Shown: piece by piece, positions 17,742 through 26,087 of the stretch | Position numbering within the stretch: the first letter of the stretch is position 1 | Layout of the letters: each line of letters begins with the position of its first letter | Source of the DNA: Candidatus Cryptobacteroides sp. | GTDB lineage: Bacteria; Bacteroidota; Bacteroidia; Bacteroidales; UBA932 | NCBI GenBank assembly: GCA_051870135.1 | Contig: JBJEBP010000226.1 | Location: forward strand, 1 to 32,017 | Length of the DNA: 32,017 nucleotides | Direction of reading: 5' to 3' | Made by a program: the position numbers and the translations under genes | The notes under the pieces: generated by a model | Told to the model about the DNA's origin: nothing | Seen by the model: only the letters and a program-made list of their open reading frames with translations | Database searches by the model: none

Positions 17742-18668
17742 ATGAGCAAACCGACAAGGGGATTAGGCAAAGGCCTGGGCGCATTGCTCGGGGATACTGC
17801 GGGACTTGAGCAGCTCCGCAGGCCGGTGGGTTATGTGAACAAGGAAGTCGTAGGCGCCAAGGATCCGCAGGATACTGCGGATGTATTGAGGATTCCGGTG
17901 GATATGATTGAGCCGAATCCTTACCAGCCGAGAATGTCGTTCGACCAGGAGGCATTGCAGGAACTTGCGGCATCGATAAAGACATTGGGCCTTATCCAGC
18001 CTATTACAGTAAGGAAGAAATCCGCTGACAGATACCAGATTATAAGTGGTGAAAGACGTTTCCGCGCCTGCCGTCTCGCCGGTATGGATATGATTCCGGC
18101 CTACATCAGGGATGCCAGTGACCAGGGAATGCTTGAGATGGCCATCGTGGAGAATATCCAGAGAGAGAATCTGGATCCTATAGAGGTGGCTTTAAGCTAT
18201 CAGCGGCTGATTGAGGAGTGCGACCTCACGCAGGAGCAGATGGCTGACAGGGTTGGTAAGAAGCGTGCATCCGTGACTAATTATCTTAGGCTTCTGAAAC
18301 TTCCCGCCAAGGTACAGCACGATCTCAAGGTCGGGCTTCTGAGTGTGGGTCATGCCAAGGTCCTGCTCGGCGTTGAAGATGTTTCTGCCCAGGAGAAACT
18401 TTGTGATTTTGTAGTCAAGAACGGACTTTCCGTGCGCCAGCTCGAGGCCAAGGTCAAGGAACTTCTCTCTTCCGGCCAGAAGGAACCTTCTCCTGCCGCA
18501 CCTCTGCCGGACGAATACGGAAGAGTGCTCGAGCGCATTGGAAAATTCTTTGACAAGGAAATCAGCCTCAAGCGTACAAGTTCAGGCAAGGGGACAATGA
18601 CAATCCGCTTCGATTCCGATGATGAGATGAAGCGTTTCCTCAAGGCGTTGGAGGATTCAAATATCTGA
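17742..18668 (+). CDS. parB: Chromosome partitioning protein ParB/Spo0J
   Basis: GLGKGLGALL, PNPYQPR, GERRFRA, ENIQRENL and an HTH segment. Confidence 0.97.
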   Translation: MSKPTRGLGKGLGALLGDTAGLEQLRRPVGYVNKEVVGAKDPQDTADVLRIPVDMIEPNPYQPRMSFDQEALQELAASIKTLGLIQPITVRKKSADRYQIISGERRFRACRLAGMDMIPAYIRDASDQGMLEMAIVENIQRENLDPIEVALSYQRLIEECDLTQEQMADRVGKKRASVTNYLRLLKLPAKVQHDLKVGLLSVGHAKVLLGVEDVSAQEKLCDFVVKNGLSVRQLEAKVKELLSSGQKEPSPAAPLPDEYGRVLERIGKFFDKEISLKRTSSGKGTMTIRFDSDDEMKRFLKALEDSNI

Positions 18669-18673
18669 TTTTG

Positions 18674-19612
18674 ATGCGGGGACGTTACCTATATATCGCT
18701 GCGGCCATTATACTGGCGGCTTTATTATTCCCGGACCGGGCTTGCGCCCAGTTCAGGGAGGAGGCGTTCCAGCAGAATTACAACGAGCCGGGCGATACGA
18801 CTGGAAGGGATTCGACTGACACTGCATTCTCATTCAAGGAATATTTTGGCGGTCTGGCCCACAAGAGAGAGGCGAGACAGGGTGTATTGTTCGCCGGATC
18901 CACAGTCTTTATTGGCGGCCAGCAGATATACAACAAGCAGTATTGGAAATTGCCTGTCATATATGGAGGAATGGCTGGAACTGCCGGACTTGGCATTTAT
19001 TACAGGCATAAGTTCAATGTCGAAGGCGACAAGAAGTTCCGCACGGCGAGCAACTTATGCTTCATAGGCACGGGAGTTATCTATTGGGCATCCCTTCTGG
19101 ACGGTGTCGCCAATTACAATAAAGGTGTATATCCGCAGCCGGGCAAGGCAACTCTTTATTCAGCTCTCCTGCCGGGTCTCGGCCAGGCCTACAACAAGGA
19201 GTACTGGAAGATCCCGATTTATTATACTGCGCTGGCAGGTTCAGTCCACTTCCTTGTTACAAATAATACAAACTATTTGAGATACAAGAGGATACACAAT
19301 GAGGCAACTGCGGAAAACTCTACGTATGACGGTCCTGTTTCCGCATCGAGCGCGAAGTACTACAGGGATGTTTACAGACGGTACAGGGACTATTCTGTCG
19401 TGGCTCTGGTAGGATTCTATGTGCTTCAGATTATTGATGCAAATGTCTTTGCCTTCATGCACAATTTTGAATTGTCCGATGACCTGTCAGTTTCGGTGGC
19501 CCCGGCAGTGATTGCTCCGGACAATTATTATGCAACAAATTCAGGATCATCCGGTATGCGGTTGGGCTCCGGCAATGAAGCGGTAGGAGTAAGCCTCGGC
19601 CTGAGGTTCTGA
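18674..19612 (+). CDS. DUF5683-like membrane protein with two tandem repeats
   Basis: PGKATLYSALLPGLGQAYNKEYWKIPIYY and IIDANVFA, plus an earlier copy GGQQIYNKQYWKLPVIY. Signal peptide; sits in the usual position after parB. Confidence 0.8.
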   Translation: MRGRYLYIAAAIILAALLFPDRACAQFREEAFQQNYNEPGDTTGRDSTDTAFSFKEYFGGLAHKREARQGVLFAGSTVFIGGQQIYNKQYWKLPVIYGGMAGTAGLGIYYRHKFNVEGDKKFRTASNLCFIGTGVIYWASLLDGVANYNKGVYPQPGKATLYSALLPGLGQAYNKEYWKIPIYYTALAGSVHFLVTNNTNYLRYKRIHNEATAENSTYDGPVSASSAKYYRDVYRRYRDYSVVALVGFYVLQIIDANVFAFMHNFELSDDLSVSVAPAVIAPDNYYATNSGSSGMRLGSGNEAVGVSLGLRF

Positions 19613-19620
19613 ACAACACT

Positions 19621-21315
19621 ATGATTATGAGACACTTCATTAAATATGCAATTGCGGCGCTGGCCGCTTTTTCTTTGACTGTCACGACAATGCCTTACTC
19701 TGCGGCTGGGCGTGAGAAACCTAAATCCAAAAAGGAACTGGCGCGGGAGAATGCCAGGATGAGGGCAGTGCTGGATTCCCTGTTGTCGGAAATTGAGAAT
19801 TCCAGAAGCCGGGTCAGGCATCAGGTCTTTGACAAGGCAACTGTTGGGGAGCAGGATTCCCGGGAACTCTCCCCGGAGGATTATACCATTGACATTACTG
19901 ACAGCCTTCTCAGTGTATGGTACATACATAGCAAGATGCAGGATGCTGATTCACCGGACTACAATATGGATTCGGTGAAGTTCCATTCCAACGTTTCTGA
20001 CAAGGAGTATCTGCGCAGGCTTGCGGACATGAATTCCTATATCACGCTTCCGTTCAACGAAACCGTGAGGAACTATATAATTCTCTATTCCGAAAAAATG
20101 CCGACCAAGATGGCTTCAATGCTGTCATTGTCCCAATACTACTTCCCGATTTTCGAGGAGATTCTTGACAGGTATGGCCTTCCAAAGGAACTCAAGTATA
20201 TGGCAGTCATTGAGTCGGCCTTCAATCCGGTCGCCGTTTCGAGAGCCGGGGCAAAGGGAATGTGGCAGTTCATGTACAACACGGCCAAGATGTATGGATT
20301 GACAATCAATTCATTTGTGGATGAAAGGCTGGATCCCGTGAAGTCCGCTGATGCGGCTGCAAGATATCTTATGGATGCCTACAGGATTTTCGGGGACTGG
20401 AATCTTGCAATTTCATCTTACAATTGTGGCTCCGGTAATGTCTCAAAGGCAATCAGGCGTTCAGGTTCAAGGGAGTTCTGGTCCGTTTATACTTATCTGC
20501 CTCGTGAGACAAGGGGATATGTGCCTGCATTTGTCGGGGCAATGTATGCTTTCACATATTACAAGGAGCACGGGCTCAAGCCGGACAGTTTGTCAATGCC
20601 GGTCCAGGTGGATACGTTCCATATCCGGAGGATGCTTCATTTCAATCAGGTCAATGCCCTCACGGGCGTGCCTGTTGAGATGCTGAAGAGCCTCAATCCT
20701 CAGTATGTCCACGACATAATACCAGGTACAGCCAAGGAGGAGTATGTATTGAGGCTGCCTTACCAGTATACGGCAAAGTTCATTGAGAATGAGGACTCTG
20801 TTTATGCCTACAATGCCAAGGAGTATTTCAGTCCTGCCACTCTCCAGAATATTGCTGTTTCCGGAAGCGCGTCCTCGCAGAGGGTGTCCTACAAGGTGAA
20901 GAGCGGGGATTATCTCGGCAAGATCGCCTCCAAGTACCACGTGACAGTCAAGCAGTTGATGGAGTGGAACCATCTGCGCAGTACTAATCTCCGGGTTGGC
21001 CAGGTCCTGTATATTTACGGAAAGTTCAATGGACCTGTGGCATCTTCTTCAACTTCCTCTAAAGCTTCAGCATCTTCAGATGACTCAAAATCCACGAAGA
21101 CAAGTTCGCCAGATGCTTCAAAGGGGACTGCAACGCCTCCTCCAGCCGACACTGCTGCGGAGGGTTCATACATAGTCTATGAGGTAAAGCAAGGTGATTC
21201 TCTTTACAAGATTGCGCAATCCTATCCGGGCGTAAGTGCTGACGATATTATGAAGTTCAATGGCATCGGGACCGACATCCGGCCGGGAATGAAGCTGAAG
21301 ATACCTAAAAAGTAA
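19621..21315 (+). CDS. mltD: Lytic murein transglycosylase MltD-like (SLT plus LysM domains)
   Basis: AVIESAFNPVAVSRAGAKGMWQFM, SYNCG, LPRETRGYVP; LysM domains YKVKSGDYLGKIA and YEVKQGDSLYKIA. Confidence 0.92.
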   Translation: MIMRHFIKYAIAALAAFSLTVTTMPYSAAGREKPKSKKELARENARMRAVLDSLLSEIENSRSRVRHQVFDKATVGEQDSRELSPEDYTIDITDSLLSVWYIHSKMQDADSPDYNMDSVKFHSNVSDKEYLRRLADMNSYITLPFNETVRNYIILYSEKMPTKMASMLSLSQYYFPIFEEILDRYGLPKELKYMAVIESAFNPVAVSRAGAKGMWQFMYNTAKMYGLTINSFVDERLDPVKSADAAARYLMDAYRIFGDWNLAISSYNCGSGNVSKAIRRSGSREFWSVYTYLPRETRGYVPAFVGAMYAFTYYKEHGLKPDSLSMPVQVDTFHIRRMLHFNQVNALTGVPVEMLKSLNPQYVHDIIPGTAKEEYVLRLPYQYTAKFIENEDSVYAYNAKEYFSPATLQNIAVSGSASSQRVSYKVKSGDYLGKIASKYHVTVKQLMEWNHLRSTNLRVGQVLYIYGKFNGPVASSSTSSKASASSDDSKSTKTSSPDASKGTATPPPADTAAEGSYIVYEVKQGDSLYKIAQSYPGVSADDIMKFNGIGTDIRPGMKLKIPKK

Positions 21316-21343
21316 AGATTTTTTGAAAATAATTGCAAAAAAG

Positions 21344-21374
21344 TTTGCATTGTAAGAAATATTGCCTATCTTTG
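21344..21374 (+). promoter_or_regulatory. Consensus Bacteroidetes sigma-A promoter of tRNA-Phe
   Basis: TTTG (21344-21347), a 19-nt spacer, then TATCTTTG (21367-21374). Confidence 0.88.
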
Positions 21375-21394
21375 TAATCCCAAACGAAAGGAAT

Positions 21395-21467
21395 GGTGCC
21401 ATAGCTCAGTTGGTAGAGCAAAGGACTGAAAATCCTTGTGTCCCTAGTTCGATTCTCGGTGGCACCA
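21395..21467 (+). tRNA. tRNA-Phe (GAA), CCA not encoded
   Basis: GGTGCCA/TGGCACC acceptor stem, AGCTCAGTTGGTAGAGC D arm, AAGGA-CTGAAAA-TCCTT anticodon arm, GTTCGATT T loop. The discriminator A is followed by CTT. Confidence 0.98.
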
Positions 21468-21477
21468 CTTTCAAGAA

Positions 21478-21509
21478 GAAGCCGGCCATAAGGCCGGCTT
21501 CATTTTTTT
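21478..21509 (+). terminator. Intrinsic terminator after tRNA-Phe; may also serve the convergent rubrerythrin gene
   Basis: GAAGCCGGCC-ATAA-GGCCGGCTTC followed by ATTTTTTT. Confidence 0.9.
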
Positions 21510-21529
21510 ATCCTGGTATGAAGTGACAA

Positions 21530-22072
21530 TCAATAATTCTCAGCCTTGATCTGGAAATAGCTCTTGGCGTGCTTGCAGACAGGACAGAGTTCAGGAGCTT
21601 TCTTTCCGACGATGATATGGCCGCAATTTGAACATTCCCAAATGCGGTCATCGTCCCTTGAGAAGACAACGTCTCCCTCAATATTGGCGAGAAGTTTCCT
21701 GTAGCGCTCCTCGTGAGTCTTTTCAATTGCACCAACCTTGGAGAAAAGGAATGCGATGTCCTCAAAGCCTTCCTCCTTGGCAGTCTTGGCGAACTCTGCA
21801 TACATATCAGTCCACTCGTAATTCTCGCCGTCGGCTGCATCTGCAAGATTGACCCTGGTGTCCGGCATTTCACCTCCGTGAAGATACTTGAACCAGATTT
21901 TTGCATGCTCTTTCTCGTTCAAAGCTGTCTCCTCGAAAAGCTTTCCAATCTGGACATAACCGTCCTTCTTTGCCTTGGATGCATAATAGAGATACTTAGT
22001 GTGTGCCTGGGACTCCCCGGCAAACGCTGCCTGAAGATTTTTTTCGGTCTTCGAACCTTTCAACTCTTTCAT
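21530..22072 (-). CDS. rbr: Rubrerythrin
   Basis: Likely start [13 protein letters not shown] at 22072; [23 protein letters not shown], and a C-terminal CxxC...CPVC rubredoxin-like domain. Confidence 0.95.
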   Translation of the reverse strand: MKELKGSKTEKNLQAAFAGESQAHTKYLYYASKAKKDGYVQIGKLFEETALNEKEHAKIWFKYLHGGEMPDTRVNLADAADGENYEWTDMYAEFAKTAKEEGFEDIAFLFSKVGAIEKTHEERYRKLLANIEGDVVFSRDDDRIWECSNCGHIIVGKKAPELCPVCKHAKSYFQIKAENY

Positions 22073-22077
22073 ATTGT

Positions 22078-22797
22078 TCAATTTTTGGAATATTGTTTTG
22101 GGAATATGATATTCAGCAAGATATAGATAGAGAATGTCATCAGGATAACCAATGACCAATGCTGCCGGAGAATTGCTGTGAGGCAAATTGACAATACCGC
22201 TGCAGCAAGGAAGATGATCCTCAAGACTTTGACCCGTCTGCCGACTGATGTTCCTTTCCCGAATTTCATGGAGAACATTGGAATTTCGCTTACAAGAAGG
22301 AAGGAAAGGACAATTGCCAATGCCGGAATGAACCAGCAAGTGCTGCACAATTCTGCCAAATACAAGTCCGGGGAAGCATTGGCAAAGCAGGCAAGCGAGC
22401 CGCAAATCATTGCGCAGGCCGGGGTAGGGAGGCCGATGAATCCGCAATGCTGGCGTTCATCCAGATTGAATTTTGCCAGGCGGAGTGCGGAGAACACGGC
22501 TATTGCAAGCGGAATATATCTGAGCCATCCGCAACTGCCCATAGTACAATACAGCATAACGGCAGGCAATACTCCGAAACTGACCATATCCGAAAGGGAA
22601 TCTAATTCTTTCCCAAGTTCGGAATATGCTCCAAGCAGCCTTGCGGCCAACCCGTCACAAAAATCAAAGCAGGCTGCAGCAAGCATCAGGATGAATGCAG
22701 CCTGGAAGTTTCCATCCAATGCGAAAATCACCCCAAGAATACCTGAGAGCAGGTTCATTGAGGTGATTGTATTGGGTATATGCTTGATAACCCGCAT
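22078..22797 (-). CDS. pssA: CDP-diacylglycerol--serine O-phosphatidyltransferase
   Basis: [20 protein letters not shown]...[32 protein letters not shown]. Confidence 0.92.
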   Translation of the reverse strand: MRVIKHIPNTITSMNLLSGILGVIFALDGNFQAAFILMLAAACFDFCDGLAARLLGAYSELGKELDSLSDMVSFGVLPAVMLYCTMGSCGWLRYIPLAIAVFSALRLAKFNLDERQHCGFIGLPTPACAMICGSLACFANASPDLYLAELCSTCWFIPALAIVLSFLLVSEIPMFSMKFGKGTSVGRRVKVLRIIFLAAAVLSICLTAILRQHWSLVILMTFSIYILLNIIFPKQYSKN

Positions 22798-22806
22798 ATA
22801 ATCAGA

Positions 22807-24003
22807 TTATTTCACGCCAATCTTCTTGGCGACATCCTTTGGAAGAGCATCCTTGTGGACGAAGATACTCATTGATTTTCCACGGACGAAGGCCTCGCTG
22901 GCATACCAGATTCCCTTGTATTTGCCTGCTTCGCCCCAAGAGTTCTTGACCATATAGTATTTGTTGCCGAACTGGTCCTTGGCAATGCCGAAGATCTGCA
23001 TACCGTGGTCATCAGTCGTGCTCTTCTCGTCATAACCCTTCTGGCGGAACTCCTGTGTTGCCTCGATTTCCTCTGGAGCGGACTCCTCGGCAGCCTCTCC
23101 GGATTTTCCAACCCATCTTTCCTGGTCTGAGCCTGAAGTCTTCTTTGTATCAGCGAGAAGCTGTGCCAATCCGTCGCGGGTGAATCCTTTTTCGCTGACA
23201 TCGCTGGCCCAGGCAATTGTGAATCCATTCATGATTGCATTGTCAATGATTGAAATGAAATCGTCAATCGGCACATTCCAATCCTGGTCGTAACGCCAGT
23301 TGTCGCAGATTTCAAGAGCGAATTTCTTGTAGAATGGATGGTGGGTATAGGATGTGAACGAAACATAGTCGTCCGCATTGATCTTGTAAGAGTCCCTGTA
23401 TGAGGCAGGCGTGAAGTTCTGTCCATTATACTCGAACTCTGTAGGGCATTCTCCGAGATATGCGTCCACGATGCCCTTGAAGCCTTTCTTCCATCCTGTC
23501 GAAAGTGTTCTGTTCGGGTTCTTTGCAATTGCCTCGACATAGGCCTTGGTAACTGCATCCAGTTCTCCGTGTACAGGGAGTTCAGTGCCGTACTCTGTAC
23601 CAGGCTGGACACTCTGCGGTACAAGACCGTAGTCGCTCACAATATGGAGAACGTCACCTATTTCGCTGCCCGCTCCGAAGGTGAGATTGCCGTCAAGCCT
23701 GACATATTTCTCGGCCCTGTCCTGGTAGGAGTGGCTGACAACGAACATCTCGGAGAAATCAGGATAGGCCTCAGGGTCCGTGATTCCATTGATCCTGATG
23801 GCTTCGGACTCCAGGAATGCTATACCTGAAAAGCACCAGCATGTGCCTGAACGGTACTGGTTCTTAATCGGTGTGATTGGGTTCTCCTTTACAGTTGTGA
23901 ATGTCAGCTCGACCTTCTTTTCCGGGCCGGCTGTCGGGACTGGCTGTGCCATTGCTGAAACGGCAGCAAGCGCAATCAATGCAGAAGTGAAAATTTTCCT
24001 CAT
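22807..24003 (-). CDS. Exported cysteine aminopeptidase (C1 family, PepC-like)
   Basis: Signal peptide MRKIFTSALIALAAVSAMA; QYRSGTCWCFS (Cys), DDHGM (His), KNSWG (Asn). Confidence 0.92.
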   Translation of the reverse strand: MRKIFTSALIALAAVSAMAQPVPTAGPEKKVELTFTTVKENPITPIKNQYRSGTCWCFSGIAFLESEAIRINGITDPEAYPDFSEMFVVSHSYQDRAEKYVRLDGNLTFGAGSEIGDVLHIVSDYGLVPQSVQPGTEYGTELPVHGELDAVTKAYVEAIAKNPNRTLSTGWKKGFKGIVDAYLGECPTEFEYNGQNFTPASYRDSYKINADDYVSFTSYTHHPFYKKFALEICDNWRYDQDWNVPIDDFISIIDNAIMNGFTIAWASDVSEKGFTRDGLAQLLADTKKTSGSDQERWVGKSGEAAEESAPEEIEATQEFRQKGYDEKSTTDDHGMQIFGIAKDQFGNKYYMVKNSWGEAGKYKGIWYASEAFVRGKSMSIFVHKDALPKDVAKKIGVK

Positions 24004-24039
24004 AATATAATATAGGTCTTTTATATTCGACACGTTTGG

Positions 24040-24108
24040 CAAATTTATGAAAATTACGCCGAAAAACCAATCTTTATTTTGCCGCCCTGCCATTAATATG
24101 TAATTTTG
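24040..24108. promoter_or_regulatory. Divergent -7 promoter elements
   Basis: TAAATTTG on minus (24040-24047) and TAATTTTG on plus (24101-24108). Confidence 0.7.
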
Positions 24109-24130
24109 CCTGTCCAATACATTACTGGTA

Positions 24131-24790
24131 ATGAAAAAGCTCAATATACTTTATATCCACGGGATGGGCGGCGGACTCGACAGCAGAATTCCGGGTGTGC
24201 TGAAGGAAGATTTAGGTGAATATCTTCCGGAAGGCATTGAGGCTGAGGTGATTGTGAGAACATACGACATTGACCCCGAGATTGCCTTTCCGCAGATTAC
24301 ATCCTGGTTTGATGAAATAATGCCCGATCTTGTCATCGGGGAGTCCCTCGGCAGCCTTCATGCCATCAGGCTGAATGGAGTGCCTCATATTCTGGTTTCT
24401 CCGGCTATCGGAGCTGCGAGATGGATGGCGACTGTCGCATGGATTCCGGGTATCCCTACATTGATGAGACATATATTCAAACCGTATTCTCCTGAACGTC
24501 AGGCACTTGACTTTACACATAAGGTGTTGTTCCATTATCGCGGAATCAGAAAGCAGGTACTGGACCAGTCCCCTCGCCGGGGAGGACAGGATTATTTCTT
24601 CGCATTTTTCGGCACTGTTGACCATTATCGCAGGAGCGGGGTCGTGAGCGTAAGGAAATGGAGGAAGTATTTCGGTGATGACTCCTATAATATATATGAA
24701 GGCACTCACTTTATGGAAGATGAGTACCTTCATACTATGCTTATTCCCAAAATTCTGGATGTCCTTGGGATAGAACCCGGAAAAGATTAG
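24131..24790 (+). CDS. Alpha/beta hydrolase, YqiA/UPF0227-like esterase
   Basis: YIHGMGG oxyanion motif, GESLG nucleophile elbow, VSPA, a candidate Asp (GTVDH) and His (GTHF). Confidence 0.8.
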   Translation: MKKLNILYIHGMGGGLDSRIPGVLKEDLGEYLPEGIEAEVIVRTYDIDPEIAFPQITSWFDEIMPDLVIGESLGSLHAIRLNGVPHILVSPAIGAARWMATVAWIPGIPTLMRHIFKPYSPERQALDFTHKVLFHYRGIRKQVLDQSPRRGGQDYFFAFFGTVDHYRRSGVVSVRKWRKYFGDDSYNIYEGTHFMEDEYLHTMLIPKILDVLGIEPGKD

Positions 24791-25989
24791 ATTGTCCTTC
24801 CCGGATACTGCTGGAGACCTGCCTCAAGCACGTCCATGGCCTTTTCAAGCTCCGGGACTTCCAGCACGTAGGCTGCTCTCACGTGATTGATACCTGCTCC
24901 AGGTGTCTTGTAGAATGAAGCTGCAGGGGTTACCATTGTGGTCTGTCCCTCGTATCTGAACTCCGTGAGCATCCACTTTGCAAAATTCTCAGCATTGTCT
25001 ACCGGAATTTCGGCGACAGTGTAGAAGGCTCCCATAGGAAGAGGGGAATACACTCCCGGCATCTTCAGCATTCTTCCAATCATATAGTCCCTTCTCCTGA
25101 TATACTCCTTCTTGACTTCCTCAAAGTACGAATCCGGTGTGTCAAGGGCGCCGAGTGCGGCAAGCTGGCCGTAAATCGGAGGGCAGAGCCTTGCCTGGGC
25201 ATATTTCATTGCGGCCTTCATCACTTCTTCATTGTGGGAAATGATGCAGCCGATTCGGCAGCCGCAGAGATTGTATCTCTTTGATACAGAGTCGATAAGA
25301 ATGACATTATTCTCAAGTCCCGGGATGTTCATTGCGGAGAAATGAGGTTCGTCCGTGTAGCAGAACTCCCTGTAAACCTCGTCGGAAATGAGGAAGAGAT
25401 CGTGCTTGCGTGCGACTTCCCCGAGGGCGAGCATGTTCTCCTTGGTGTAGAGGGTTCCGGTTGGGTTGCCCGGGTTGCTGATGAGGATGGCCTTTGTCCT
25501 CGGGGTAATGAGTTTCTCGAACTCTGACACATCCGGGACCTTGAAACCTTCGCGGATATCCGTGTGAACGGCCTTCATCGTAATACCGTTCATGAATGCG
25601 AATGTGTTGTAATTGGTGTAGAAAGGCTCGAGAACAATTACCTCGTCCCCCTCATCGCAGGTAATCTGGAGGGCGAGATTGACTCCCTCGCTTCCTGCTA
25701 CGGTGACAATGAGTTCGCTGACTTCAATGTCAATGCCGATTTTCTTATAGTACTTGTCAACCAGTCCGCTGCGGAGCTCAATCAAACCTGCTGAATTGGA
25801 ATATGATACGTGATCCAGAGTGTTCTTCCTGACGGCTTCGAGGGCGCATTCCGGAGACTTTATGTCCGGCTGGCCCACATTGAGGTGGTAAACTTTGACA
25901 CCGTCAGCCTTGGCGGCGTCAGCGAAAGGAACCAGCTTGCGGATGGCTGAAGCCGGCATCTGTTGGGACTTGTTGGAAATTTTTGCCAT
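24787..25989 (-). CDS. PLP-dependent class I aminotransferase (aspartate aminotransferase-like)
   Basis: HLNVGQPD, NPGNPTG, SDEVYREF, DSVSKRY...RIG; start MAKISNK at 25989. Confidence 0.93.
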   Translation of the reverse strand: MAKISNKSQQMPASAIRKLVPFADAAKADGVKVYHLNVGQPDIKSPECALEAVRKNTLDHVSYSNSAGLIELRSGLVDKYYKKIGIDIEVSELIVTVAGSEGVNLALQITCDEGDEVIVLEPFYTNYNTFAFMNGITMKAVHTDIREGFKVPDVSEFEKLITPRTKAILISNPGNPTGTLYTKENMLALGEVARKHDLFLISDEVYREFCYTDEPHFSAMNIPGLENNVILIDSVSKRYNLCGCRIGCIISHNEEVMKAAMKYAQARLCPPIYGQLAALGALDTPDSYFEEVKKEYIRRRDYMIGRMLKMPGVYSPLPMGAFYTVAEIPVDNAENFAKWMLTEFRYEGQTTMVTPAASFYKTPGAGINHVRAAYVLEVPELEKAMDVLEAGLQQYPGRTI

Positions 25990-26009
25990 ATTGTTTCGTT
26001 TTAATACAA

Positions 26010-26058
26010 ATTTCGGCCCGAAATCTTTTACAAAGATAGTGATTTTCTTTATCTTTGT
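26010..26058. promoter_or_regulatory. Back-to-back promoters with a palindrome between the aminotransferase gene and glnA
   Basis: TATCTTTG on minus (26031-26038) and on plus (26050-26057); ATTTCGG-C-CCGAAAT at 26010-26024. Confidence 0.75.
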
Positions 26059-26087
26059 GGACGTACTTAACAAAATCACATAAAATT

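Noticed and set aside
16880-18668. parS site or plasmid-type partition locus
   Set aside because: I noticed no TGTTTCACGTGAAACA-like palindrome by eye (not an exhaustive search). The proteins and context are chromosomal Soj/Spo0J type.
21334-21349. TGCAAA-AAAG-TTTGCA palindrome upstream of tRNA-Phe
   Set aside because: It is explained by the -33 element plus an upstream A tract of a strong stable-RNA promoter.
21446-21458. T-C mismatch in the tRNA-Phe T stem as a sign of a pseudo-tRNA
   Set aside because: A single T-stem mismatch is tolerated; all other arms, the promoter and the terminator are intact.
21395-21530. tRNA-Phe as an island integration site, with rubrerythrin as imported cargo
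   Set aside because: I saw no duplicated tRNA 3' end and no adjacent integrase, and the flanking genes are core. The origin of the rubrerythrin cannot be judged without a phylogeny.
22178-22801. 207-aa ORF antisense to pssA
   Set aside because: It is a codon-register mirror of pssA with no independent motif or promoter.
24120-24133. CATTAC-TG-GTAATG palindrome over the hydrolase start codon
   Set aside because: Six-bp AT-rich arms are expected by chance and there is no other support.
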